This document shows, piece after piece, positions 47,930 to 57,001 of a stretch of 64,000 nucleotides of DNA. Position numbers and translations under genes: made by a program. Every line of letters begins with the position of its first letter. Positions within the stretch are counted from its first letter, which is position 1. Source of the DNA: Candidatus Latescibacterota bacterium (GTDB lineage Bacteria; Latescibacterota; UBA2968; UBA8231); NCBI GenBank assembly GCA_965223905.1, contig CBDCXV010000010.1, positions 1,088,001 through 1,152,000 of the forward strand. The letters run 5' to 3'. Below the pieces are notes generated by a model. That model made no database searches. It was not told the DNA's origin and was given only the letters and a program-made list of their open reading frames with translations.

Positions 47930-50821
47930 TCAGCGCCGGCGCGCCCCAAGCAGGTGCTCCAGTTGCCTGCGAGTCCCACTCAACGACGGATCGACCTCGA
48001 GGGCTGCTCTGTAGGCGTCGATGGCCTCGTCCATCTTGCCCTGGGCGGCGTAGACCTCACCGAGGTTGCTGATGGTCGGGGCCAGTCCCGGTCTCAACCG
48101 TATAGCTTTCTGGTAGGCCTGCACGGCTGCTTCGAGTAGCCCCGACTCGAAATACGCCCGCCCCAAATCACTGAGGGCCTCCACGAGGCTCGGGTCGACT
48201 TGACCGGCCTTAATGTAGGCCTCTATGGCCCGCGTGAGATACCCCTTGTAGTGGAACGCGGCACCCATTCCATAGTGCGCCATACCATGGCCGGGATCGA
48301 GCTTGACGGCCTTCCCGAATGAGGCAAGGGCCTCGTCGTAGCGCCCTTGCTTGACGTATGCCCGACCCAGGCGGTAGCGCCATTCCGCTACATCCGGATA
48401 CTGCCTGATCTTGTCCTCGTACAGGTCCACCTGGTCCTGCACAGGCTGCAGCCGTTCGAAAATCCGTTGCTCCCGTTCAGACGCCTCTCGTTGAGCTTCA
48501 ATCTCGTACAACCGGACCAGCTGCAGGTGCGGCGCCGGCGCGTAGGGAGCCACCTTCGCCGCCCTCTTGAACGCTTTTTCTGCGGCCACCGTGTTCCTGA
48601 GGCGCAGATAGGCGAGTCCCATCCGGGCGTAACTTTGCCAGGGCGATGGATCCAGGGCGATGGACCGCTTCAGTGATTCTATGGCCCTTTCAGGCTCGTC
48701 GAGAGCCAGATAGACCGCCCCCAAGAGCGCCTGGATTTCCGCCCATGAGGAATCCAGTTGGACCGCCTCTTCGAGGACAGATGCTGCTTCCCTGGGTCTG
48801 CCCAGACCGGCATGGAGAGTGACCCCCAGGGCGTAATAGGCCTGCATGTAGTCGGGACGCAGCTGAATCGCACCCCTCAACAAGCCCAGGGCCTCCTCGT
48901 GACGTCCCTGGTCGTAGAGCCCGGTCCCGCGTGCGTAATGCTCGTCCGCCGTCAGCCTGGAGTTCACGACGTGGGTGCTCGGCACCTCCGGCTCGGGCCC
49001 CAGCGCCGATGTTGTGACCTCAGTCGCGACAGGCTGCTGCTTCGCGCCCGGCCCGGCGTACATGGCGATCACATCTTCCACTCCCTCCCGCACTACGAGA
49101 TAGTTGCGCAGCTGTGGATCCTCGAGCACCTGCTGACTCCCCGATGGCCAGCGAATTTCTATGCGGTCCACCCGCTCGTTCCCGCCCAGGCCGAAGACAA
49201 GCCGCGGATCGTGCTGTGACTGGAACCCGTATCCGCGATGCACCTCCCGCACCTGAGCCAAAGTGCCGGCCACCACCCGTACCCGCGCTCCGATGGCGTC
49301 CCGGTTGCTCTGGGCACCCTCGAGCTGCAGACCGAACCAGTTGTTGCCGTTGCCGCCGTCGTTCCGCAGCAAGGACGGCTTGTCGTTCAGGTTCATCAGC
49401 AGCACATCCACGTCGCCATCGTTGTCGTAGTCCCCGAGAGCCGCGGCCCTGGTCACCTTGGCGATGGCCCAGCCGGGACCGGTCTCTCGCCCTGCTTCGG
49501 CATAGCGGCCGTGCTCATTGTGATAGATCAGGTTGCGCTGCGCATAGCGCATGCCGGAGGGGTACTGCTCCAGCTGCGGGTACAGATGCCCGCAGGCTGT
49601 GAACAGGTCGAGCCAGCCGTCGTTGTCGTAGTCGAAAAAGCCGTTGCTCCAACACAGCAGAGGGCGCACCATCTCGAACAGGCCGGCAGCGAACGTCATG
49701 TCCGCAAAGGTGCCCTCGCCCTGGTTCTGGTAGAGGGTGTTCACGTCGTCGGAGAAATTGCTGACTACCAAGTCCAGATCCCCGTCGTTGTCGTAATCAC
49801 CGCTGGCCGCGCCCATGCCGGCCTGGCTCCTGCCGTCTTCGCTGTAGGCCACGCCGGCCACAACCCCGACCTCCGCCAATTGCCAGTCCCCGTCGTTGCG
49901 CAATAGCAGATTGGGCGCCGTATCATTGGCCACGTAAATGTCGAGATCCCCGTCATCGTCGTAGTCGCCGAAGACGACTCCGAGTCCCGGATGGGCCACC
50001 CGGTCCAAGCCTGTGGCCGCGCTCATATTCGTGAAGCTGCCGTCCTTGTTGTTCCGGTAGAGCACGTCTGGTTGGTGCGGCATGGCATCGGGACCGGCCA
50101 TGACGTCGAGCCCCTTGTAGAGTCCAATACCCGGCGGGTTCGCCAGGTCGAACCCGAGATAGTTGGTGACATACAGATCCAGAAAGCCATCCCCGTCCAC
50201 ATCCCCGAAGGCTGCGCTCGATCCCCATCTCTCATCGGCCACACCGGCGCTCTCGGCGAGCTCGACGAAGCCGCCATCACCGTCGTTGCGATAGAGCCGG
50301 TTGGGTCCCCAGTAAGTCACGTAGAGGTCGGGATCACCGTCATTGTCGTAGTCTCCCACGGCACAACCCATCCCCCAGCCGGTGTGGCCGATGCCGGCCT
50401 TTTCGGTCACCTCCCGGAAGACACGCCTGTCCTCGCCCTCCCGTCCTGGCGCTGGTCGATTGTGGTACAGTCTGTTCGTGGCACCTTCCACGGGACCGTC
50501 CAGCCTCGTGCCGTTGACGACGAACAGATCCAGCCACCCGTCGACGTCGTAGTCCAGGAAGGCGGCCCCGGCCGACATGCTTTCCAGCACGTACATCTGA
50601 GTCGGGCCGCCAGACACGTTCTCGAAATCCAGTCCCGCCTCCTCACTTACATCCACGAACTGGACGTGTCCCCGTGTCGACACGCCATCCATCCCGCCGT
50701 CGTCTTGCCCCGAGCGTTGGGAACAACCCGGGACGAGGATGAGGCCGATGAGACAGGTTATTGACTTGGCTTTCAGGTTGGACATACTTCCTGGCCCAGG
50801 ACATTCATCTTTCGTCGCCAT
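47930..50821 (-). CDS. CRTAC1-family FG-GAP + ASPIC/UnbV + C-terminal TPR lipoprotein
   Basis: Lipobox-like LVPGC; GDYDNDGDxD repeats; SNRDAIGARV...QSQHDPRLVFGLG...IRWPSG; TPRs. The start is 50821 or 50785, not 51010. Confidence 0.88.
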   Translation of the reverse strand: MATKDECPGPGSMSNLKAKSITCLIGLILVPGCSQRSGQDDGGMDGVSTRGHVQFVDVSEEAGLDFENVSGGPTQMYVLESMSAGAAFLDYDVDGWLDLFVVNGTRLDGPVEGATNRLYHNRPAPGREGEDRRVFREVTEKAGIGHTGWGMGCAVGDYDNDGDPDLYVTYWGPNRLYRNDGDGGFVELAESAGVADERWGSSAAFGDVDGDGFLDLYVTNYLGFDLANPPGIGLYKGLDVMAGPDAMPHQPDVLYRNNKDGSFTNMSAATGLDRVAHPGLGVVFGDYDDDGDLDIYVANDTAPNLLLRNDGDWQLAEVGVVAGVAYSEDGRSQAGMGAASGDYDNDGDLDLVVSNFSDDVNTLYQNQGEGTFADMTFAAGLFEMVRPLLCWSNGFFDYDNDGWLDLFTACGHLYPQLEQYPSGMRYAQRNLIYHNEHGRYAEAGRETGPGWAIAKVTRAAALGDYDNDGDVDVLLMNLNDKPSLLRNDGGNGNNWFGLQLEGAQSNRDAIGARVRVVAGTLAQVREVHRGYGFQSQHDPRLVFGLGGNERVDRIEIRWPSGSQQVLEDPQLRNYLVVREGVEDVIAMYAGPGAKQQPVATEVTTSALGPEPEVPSTHVVNSRLTADEHYARGTGLYDQGRHEEALGLLRGAIQLRPDYMQAYYALGVTLHAGLGRPREAASVLEEAVQLDSSWAEIQALLGAVYLALDEPERAIESLKRSIALDPSPWQSYARMGLAYLRLRNTVAAEKAFKRAAKVAPYAPAPHLQLVRLYEIEAQREASEREQRIFERLQPVQDQVDLYEDKIRQYPDVAEWRYRLGRAYVKQGRYDEALASFGKAVKLDPGHGMAHYGMGAAFHYKGYLTRAIEAYIKAGQVDPSLVEALSDLGRAYFESGLLEAAVQAYQKAIRLRPGLAPTISNLGEVYAAQGKMDEAIDAYRAALEVDPSLSGTRRQLEHLLGARRR

Positions 50822-51012
50822 AGTGATCCTATACAGCCTCTTAAGTAATCGCTGCCTGTAAGCGCAACTATTCATGACGCCGTGTGCCATGTATGACAGT
50901 CGTGGTTTCTTATGTATTGTGTGACGCATGAAATAGAAACGCCTGGCTCGATAACACCGTGTGCTGCGCCCCTCGGCTTGGCGCCATTTGACGAAGGTAG
51001 TCAGTTGCAAGA

Positions 51013-53094
51013 ATGAGTGCCGCTCTGCGTTGCTCCCTCCTGTTTCTGCTCCTCTTTTCCCTCGTCCCGCGATCCGGTCTTGCGCTCGAGACCTTCACGA
51101 CCGGCGAGAGCGGACAGTTCGACTGGCACGGTGAAGGAATTGCGCCGGTCGACGTCATCGATGCGCTGCATCGCGATGTCCTCAATCGGCGCACGAGGGA
51201 TCGCGACAGCCTCGTGGTGGGCAATGCGCCCGGGAACCTGATCGCATTCGACCCGGCGAATTTCCCGGATGCCGTCCACATTCTGCGCCTCGGAGATGAT
51301 GAGAACATCGCCCTCGGCACCATTGAGCGAGGCGGCAGTATCCGGTCACCCAATGTCTCCTTTCTCAAGCCCGGTACGCTCGAGGAGCTCCTTTCGGACG
51401 AGCCGGAGGGGGTGTTGAAGGCCTTCGAACGCAAGAGTCCCGATAACCCTCTGGGCGTTGTCATCTTTCTCGACCTCGGGGCGCGCATAGGCGTCGAGAA
51501 AATCCGCTTCTATCCGCGCAACACCATCCACTCATCTCCAACCACCCCCTTCGAGAACGACTTCCTGAGGGCTTTCGACCTGTCCATCAACGACGGGATT
51601 ACCCTGACGGAAAGCGGGAGTCCGATTTGGGGTGTGCCGGTGGTGTCCGAAAAAGACAACCAGAATACCGTGGCGGTGGTAGAGTTGGAGCCACCAAGGG
51701 TGATCCGGCACATACGCCTCGGCGCGCGCTCGGTCGTTGACTTCGAGATCGACGAGATCGAAGTAATCGGCAAGGGCTTCCTGCCTTCTGCTAGCTACAT
51801 CTCCGATATTTTCGATGCCGGACAACCCGCTTTGTGGGGAAACCTGCGCTGGACTGAAACCGTGATCGGCGATCCCAGGCTCTCCCGGATGGCAATTCGG
51901 ACGCGTACCGGCAGCGATTCTTCCTACTTCGTCTACAACCGCAAGCGGGTCGGCGATCCACTGGCTCCAGAGATCGCCACCTCCGTGCAGGACCCGACGC
52001 GTGAAATGGATCTGGCCGAGTACATGGGCCATTGGCCGCAGCGCGATAGCAGAAACCGCGACTGGACAGCCGGCTCTGTGACAGACGATCAGGTCAACTG
52101 GAGTGGGTTCAGCGCCCCTTTCCCGGAGCATGCGGCCAACGGGCCCGGGCTGCCCGTGCGCTCTCCCAGTCCCCGCCGATACTTCCAGTTTCAGGTGGAC
52201 TTTCTCAGCAGCGATCTGGAGGCCGCCCGCGTTCTGCGGTCTGTCTCCCTCGATATGCTGAGGCAGGCCATGGCCGATTCCCTCATCGCCGAGATCCACC
52301 CGCGAGAGGTCGAGGTGTCCGAGGTTGTTTCCTTCACCTACGCTGTGCGCACGTGCATGCAGACCGACGGCGGCCTCGGTTTCGACATCATCGAGGTCCG
52401 CACACCCGCCCGAGTGCACAGCATCGATGCGGTGAGCATATCAGATTCGAACGGAGAGCTTGTAGCGGCCCGTGCATTCGCCGGTGTCGACGATCCCTCC
52501 ACGACTGCCGGAATTGCCATCCTCTCGGTGGCTGAGGACCGCTTCATTCTCAGCCTTCCCCCGCTCCGCGAAGACGACACGCTCATACAGATTCGATTCA
52601 GCACCGAGGTCCTGAGCTACAGCACGACCTTTGCCGGATTGGTCAGACTCACCGGCGAGCCGGAAATCGCGCAGACGGTCACCTCGGGGGATGCGACATT
52701 TCTTGGCGAGGATGATGATCCCGACTTTTCAGGCACGACGGTTCTCAGTCCTCTTGTACTTGGGGGGGGCCAATTGCTCGACAATGTGGAGCTGGCGCCC
52801 AATCCGTTCACACCGAATGGGGACGGTGTCAACGACCAGCTTTCCGTCCGCTACAGCCTGCTTTCTCTTGCAGCCGGCCGCCCCGTCGGTATCAGTGTCC
52901 ACGACCTGAGCGGCCGTCTCGTACGGGTCATTCACGACAGCCCCGAGCGCAGCGGCCGTTACCGCGACAAGACCTGGGATGGACGGGATGCCCGGGGTCA
53001 ACTGGTGGCGTCGGGACTGTACATCGTGCGAATCTCGGTGGCAGGAGACGCTCTCGAAGAGGAACAGGCCCGGGTAGCAGCAATCGCGTATTGA
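51013..53094 (+). CDS. Secreted protein with discoidin-like domain and C-terminal FlgD-Ig/T9SS-type domain (paralog 3)
   Basis: Signal peptide; LDLG...IRFYPR; PNPFTPNGDGVND...WDGRD...GLYIV...AIAY. Confidence 0.82.
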   Translation: MSAALRCSLLFLLLFSLVPRSGLALETFTTGESGQFDWHGEGIAPVDVIDALHRDVLNRRTRDRDSLVVGNAPGNLIAFDPANFPDAVHILRLGDDENIALGTIERGGSIRSPNVSFLKPGTLEELLSDEPEGVLKAFERKSPDNPLGVVIFLDLGARIGVEKIRFYPRNTIHSSPTTPFENDFLRAFDLSINDGITLTESGSPIWGVPVVSEKDNQNTVAVVELEPPRVIRHIRLGARSVVDFEIDEIEVIGKGFLPSASYISDIFDAGQPALWGNLRWTETVIGDPRLSRMAIRTRTGSDSSYFVYNRKRVGDPLAPEIATSVQDPTREMDLAEYMGHWPQRDSRNRDWTAGSVTDDQVNWSGFSAPFPEHAANGPGLPVRSPSPRRYFQFQVDFLSSDLEAARVLRSVSLDMLRQAMADSLIAEIHPREVEVSEVVSFTYAVRTCMQTDGGLGFDIIEVRTPARVHSIDAVSISDSNGELVAARAFAGVDDPSTTAGIAILSVAEDRFILSLPPLREDDTLIQIRFSTEVLSYSTTFAGLVRLTGEPEIAQTVTSGDATFLGEDDDPDFSGTTVLSPLVLGGGQLLDNVELAPNPFTPNGDGVNDQLSVRYSLLSLAAGRPVGISVHDLSGRLVRVIHDSPERSGRYRDKTWDGRDARGQLVASGLYIVRISVAGDALEEEQARVAAIAY

Positions 53095-53107
53095 AGGTGA
53101 TTCCCGA

Positions 53108-54025
53108 TCACGGCTGGATCGCGTAATCCTCGTTCCCAAACTCCTCGACCAACTCCGATACCTGACGATCCCCGGGTCCGCGGCCTGGATGGATGATGAG
53201 GCGATAGCGGAACACAACGCTGTCTTCGGCTGAAATCGTCATGCTCGCGTCGAGGTTGTCATCGGCCTCGAAGCGGGAGACGCCGAAGGGATTCGCCGTG
53301 AACAGACCGTAGCCGCGGACCATCCAGTAAGTGGGGTAGCGGGGGTTTTTCGGATGGTCGACCATGGTATGGCCCCACTCCTCCCCGTTCGCCAAGGGGC
53401 CGGAGTAATCGCACCAGGCAGCGCGCTTTCCCCAGGTCACCTCCTCGCCGTGGCCGCTGTCGAAGACCCCGCCCTCCGAGTTCTCGATGCGGCCATCGCC
53501 GGTGGCGTCCATCGAAGTCGCCACTCGCAGGGACAGCAGCCCTGCGTCCTTGGTATCGCCCAGGGTCACGTCACCGTATCTCGCCCTGAGCTCGTTCCGC
53601 TGGTCCATCACTCGCAGATCGCCGACCGCGCGTATGTGTATGGTGCGTCGTTCCTTCAGGAGGCGCTGTCCCTCGGGGCCGAACCAGTCCACGATCCCGT
53701 CGATGGTGGCGGCGTCTCCGGCGAGTCCGACAACCGGTTCGCCCCGCTGCAGCATGGCGCCGTGGCCGTGACCTTCTGCCCATAGGTTGAATCCATTGAC
53801 CATCTCGTGGGCCGTGTAGATGCTCCGGTGATGAAAGTGGTCATCGGTTTCCCCTTCGTTTTCCTCTGTCGGGTACCCGCGCGTCAGGCGTTGGCCGCCC
53901 GGGGTCAGTACGGGGTAGAAGTAGGGCCTGCACACGAAGTGGCCATAGCGGTATTCCGTAAACAGCCGTCCGTCGACGGTGACGACGGCCTTGAAGTCCT
54001 GCGATTGAAGCTGGACATCGATCAT
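53108..54025 (-). CDS. DUF6807 / 'PmoA-family' soluble beta-sandwich protein
   Basis: RPYFYPV..P.G..LTR...DHFHHRS, WCDYSG and DHPKNPRYPTYW..RGYGL..ANPFG motifs. Confidence 0.8.
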   Translation of the reverse strand: MIDVQLQSQDFKAVVTVDGRLFTEYRYGHFVCRPYFYPVLTPGGQRLTRGYPTEENEGETDDHFHHRSIYTAHEMVNGFNLWAEGHGHGAMLQRGEPVVGLAGDAATIDGIVDWFGPEGQRLLKERRTIHIRAVGDLRVMDQRNELRARYGDVTLGDTKDAGLLSLRVATSMDATGDGRIENSEGGVFDSGHGEEVTWGKRAAWCDYSGPLANGEEWGHTMVDHPKNPRYPTYWMVRGYGLFTANPFGVSRFEADDNLDASMTISAEDSVVFRYRLIIHPGRGPGDRQVSELVEEFGNEDYAIQP

Positions 54026-54117
54026 CGTGGATCCTTCCAGGTTAAGATCTCCTCAAGTTTAGAAAAAACAACTTATTACGTCAAATTAATGAAGGGGATC
54101 CGGGGGCAAAAAACTGC

Positions 54118-54146
54118 TTGTGCCTGCGCTTGCCAGACCATATCTT
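54118..54146 (+). promoter_or_regulatory. Sigma70-type promoter candidate
   Basis: TTGTGC-N17-TATCTT in an AT-rich divergent intergenic region. Confidence 0.4.
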
Positions 54147-54270
54147 ATTTTGTGCATTAGACCTATACTAACGCGGATCGATGAAAAATTCTAAAAAAAG
54201 AGCAGGCGAAAAAGGAGTGGAAAAGAAGGGTCACTCGCAAAGGGACTTTGCAGTCCCAGGAGGGCGTTTG

Positions 54271-55218
54271 ATGAGACGAGTCATTTTGCTGGGAATGGCC
54301 GCGCTTCTCGTGGTTGGTCTGGCGGGAATGGCGGCAGCCCACAAGCCACCGGGAGAAACCCGCTTCGCTTTCCAGTGGCCGGATGGGGCTATTCCCCAGA
54401 TGGATGGGGACCTCTCGGAATGGGATGTCGTGCCACCACAGTATGAGATCACCAACCCGGATCTCTTCCAGGTGCACGCTTTTGGAAAGCTGGGTTTGGA
54501 TACGCCACGGGGTGGAGTCGACGCAGCAGATATGTTCATACGCCATCGCATAGGGTGGAATGACAACACCAACCGGCTCTATTTCGCGACTTCGGTGTTT
54601 GACGACGAACACGATCGGAACCACACGGACAATTGCCTCTGGGACGATGACGACTGGGAAGTCCGTGTGGCTCCTAACATTCCGCAGGAGGAGCAAAATT
54701 CAGGTAATACTGAAGGGGCTATCATAAATTCCCCGATATTCCTCATCGCAGTTCCGCCTTTCGAGGGTGCTCCGATAGGCATTACCGGGTACCTCGATTA
54801 TCAGCCCTGGCAAGCCGCTGCAGACTTCCTGGCGGAGGGGAACACGGAGATTTGGGAGTTCGGCTGGGATTTCGAAGGTGAACCGCTCGGCGAGTCGACC
54901 TACTTCTACGAGCTGTCCTATCGTTGGATCGAAGCCGCACCCCCAGGAGATGTGCCCAGTTTCGACGACCTGACCCTCGTGGATCTCGAAGAGGGGGACA
55001 TCCTCCACATAAACATCATGAACGTTGACCAAGACCCAACTCTTGCAGAGGCTGGCCTAAAAGACAATGGTACATCGAAGTACAGTGGTGCCTGGTCGAT
55101 TTCTCCCGGACCGGACAACTGGCCGGAAGTCGACTTCGTGATGGCGGAGTTGGAGAATGTTGACTTTAGGACGGCGATCGAAGACAAGACCTGGGGGGCT
55201 ATCAAGGCCGGCATGTGA
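54271..55218 (+). CDS. Secreted acidic protein, CBM9/DOMON-like, with C-terminal TWGxIK motif
   Basis: AGGAGG RBS; signal peptide; PQMDGDLSEW...IGWN...LYF...DD motif; ends TAIEDKTWGAIKAGM. Confidence 0.75.
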   Translation: MRRVILLGMAALLVVGLAGMAAAHKPPGETRFAFQWPDGAIPQMDGDLSEWDVVPPQYEITNPDLFQVHAFGKLGLDTPRGGVDAADMFIRHRIGWNDNTNRLYFATSVFDDEHDRNHTDNCLWDDDDWEVRVAPNIPQEEQNSGNTEGAIINSPIFLIAVPPFEGAPIGITGYLDYQPWQAAADFLAEGNTEIWEFGWDFEGEPLGESTYFYELSYRWIEAAPPGDVPSFDDLTLVDLEEGDILHINIMNVDQDPTLAEAGLKDNGTSKYSGAWSISPGPDNWPEVDFVMAELENVDFRTAIEDKTWGAIKAGM

Positions 55219-55259
55219 ACCAATAAAATCGGCTGTTTTTCGCCGACATTGCTCAACCG

Positions 55260-55304
55260 ACCCCTGTTTCGTTCCCGAAGGCGGAAGCGGAACAGGGGTT
55301 TTTT
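55260..55304 (+). terminator. Rho-independent terminator
   Basis: Stem ACCCCTGTTTCG...CGGAACAGGGGT followed by a T run, just after the stop at 55218. Confidence 0.8.
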
Positions 55305-55380
55305 GTCGATGCGCGACTGCTTTTGTCGATCCGCGACTGACGCTCGACGCTCGGCAATTACTGAGTCTGCTTTTATTTCC

Positions 55381-55890
55381 GGCTCGTCAGTAGCGTGGGG
55401 TGAATTGGGGTACGGGTAAATCGCCAAGCTGATGGAATGAAGCGATTTGGAGTGCCTTGAAGGTGCGGAATCCGAATGCTTTTCTCACCGTCAGATTCCA
55501 TTTCAGGTTCAAGCCCTCGACAATGCCGTTGTTGAACTGCTTCTTGGCCCTGAACCAATTGAGGATGAACTCTTGATGACGCCGCAGCATCTTGGCGATG
55601 TCTTTCATTGGGTTCGATGTTGCTTCTCATCGTACGGAAACACCAGCGCTGGAGAAACTTCCCTGCCCCCAGCGGTAGAGGTCGGTCAGGTGGTGCTTGC
55701 CCGTGCTCCAGGGGACCTTCTCGACGACCACCCGGCCGCAGGCTTTGCAGGCAACCCGGCGCATGCCATACACCAGAAAGACCGGGAACCCCCAGAGGGG
55801 AACAAACTCGAACAGCCGTGCCTCGGTGGCCGTGTCATAGGTGGGGGACAAGTGACCGCAGCCGCTGCACGCGCCCCTGGAATTTTTCCA
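55381..55890 (-). mobile_element. ISL3-family remnant with a large internal deletion
   Basis: Zn-finger part (CSGCG..PTYD...RRVACKAC...VEKVPW) is fused near 55668 to the C-terminal part (NGIVEGLN...RKAFGFRT). A GGCTC terminal repeat sits at 55381; the other end is missing. Confidence 0.85.
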
Positions 55891-55892
55891 AT

Positions 55893-55929
55893 GAAAGCGG
55901 CCTCGGAGGAGGCATTCGGGGCCGCTTTC
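55893..55929 (-). terminator. Hairpin immediately downstream of lptG
   Basis: GAAAGCGGCC...GGCCGCTTTC inverted repeat with a weak U tract. Confidence 0.5.
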
Positions 55930-55933
55930 CGTT

Positions 55934-57001
55934 TTACGAGTGTGCCTTCTTGAACAGCATCAGGCCCAGAAGGCCGAAAACGAGATTGGCCGCCCAGGCC
56001 CCCTGCCATGGGGGGATGATCTCGTTCCAGCCGAGCGCCTGTCCCGCCTTGACGCAGGTGTAGAGCAGGAAGCAGATCAGCACGCCGAGCCCGAAGCTGG
56101 CGGCGCGTCCCGAGCGACGGGTGTTGGCGGCCAGCGGCGCCGCGACCAGGACGATGGCGAAGGATGCGAGGGGAAAGGCGATTTTCAGGTGCAGGTCGAC
56201 GAGGTGGCGGGTGGCGTCCTCGCCGTTGGCGCGGGCGCGGTCCACGTAGGATCGCAGCTCACCGAAGTTCATCTCTTCCGGCTTCTTCCGCTGCCGCGAG
56301 AAATCGCCGGGCTCGAGGGTCAGGGTCGTAAGGGTCAGGGTGTCGAAGGAACTTGCCTCGAAGCGATCCCCGGCCAACCCGTAGCGGGTTCCATCGATCA
56401 GCACCCAGCGCCCCTCCTTCCATTCCAGCCGCTCGGCCGCGGCGCGCTCCCCGGTAAGCTCCCCGGGACGGCTCTCCCAAAGCACCTGCTGGGCCCTCTG
56501 CCGGGTGTGGTCGTAGGAGCGCGCGAACACCAGCTGTCCGCCGACGTCCTGAAGCAGCACCAGCCGCCGCGATCCGTCGCTACGGCTGTACGAGCGGATG
56601 TCGTCCCTGGTCGTGTTGTAGCGGAACGTTGCCGGAGGAACGACGTACTCCGTGAACAGCATGGTGCCGCCGCTGAACAGCAGGGCGCAGGCAAGCACCG
56701 GAACAAGGAGGCGGCGGAGACTGACCCCGGCCGCCTTCATCGCCGCGATCTCGCCCCGGTGCGCGAACCCGGTGAGGGCGAACAGGGTGGCGAGCATCGC
56801 CGCGGCCGGCAGGATCAGCACGATCCAGTAGGGGCTCCGGAAGAGGTAGTATCTCAGAATCTGGCCGGGCTGCGCGGCGTGGTCGAGGAAGGTGTCGATG
56901 CTCTCGATCAGGTCGACGATGGCGGCGATCAGCCACAGGGCCACGACGCTGATGGCGAGCCAGAGGGCGAACCGCCGCAGGAGGTAGAGATCGAGGATCA
57001 T
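55934..57001 (-). CDS. lptG: LPS export ABC permease LptG
   Basis: MILDLYLLRRF start overlaps the lptF stop (ATGA); GEIAAMKAAGVS, PEEMNFGEL, KIAFP and AWAAN motifs. Confidence 0.88.
   Translation of the reverse strand: MILDLYLLRRFALWLAISVVALWLIAAIVDLIESIDTFLDHAAQPGQILRYYLFRSPYWIVLILPAAAMLATLFALTGFAHRGEIAAMKAAGVSLRRLLVPVLACALLFSGGTMLFTEYVVPPATFRYNTTRDDIRSYSRSDGSRRLVLLQDVGGQLVFARSYDHTRQRAQQVLWESRPGELTGERAAAERLEWKEGRWVLIDGTRYGLAGDRFEASSFDTLTLTTLTLEPGDFSRQRKKPEEMNFGELRSYVDRARANGEDATRHLVDLHLKIAFPLASFAIVLVAAPLAANTRRSGRAASFGLGVLICFLLYTCVKAGQALGWNEIIPPWQGAWAANLVFGLLGLMLFKKAHS

Noticed and set aside
53108-54025. Particulate methane monooxygenase subunit, suggested by the 'PmoA family' label
   Set aside because: The protein is soluble with no TM helices and has no pmoB/pmoC neighbours. 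The family name is a misnomer.
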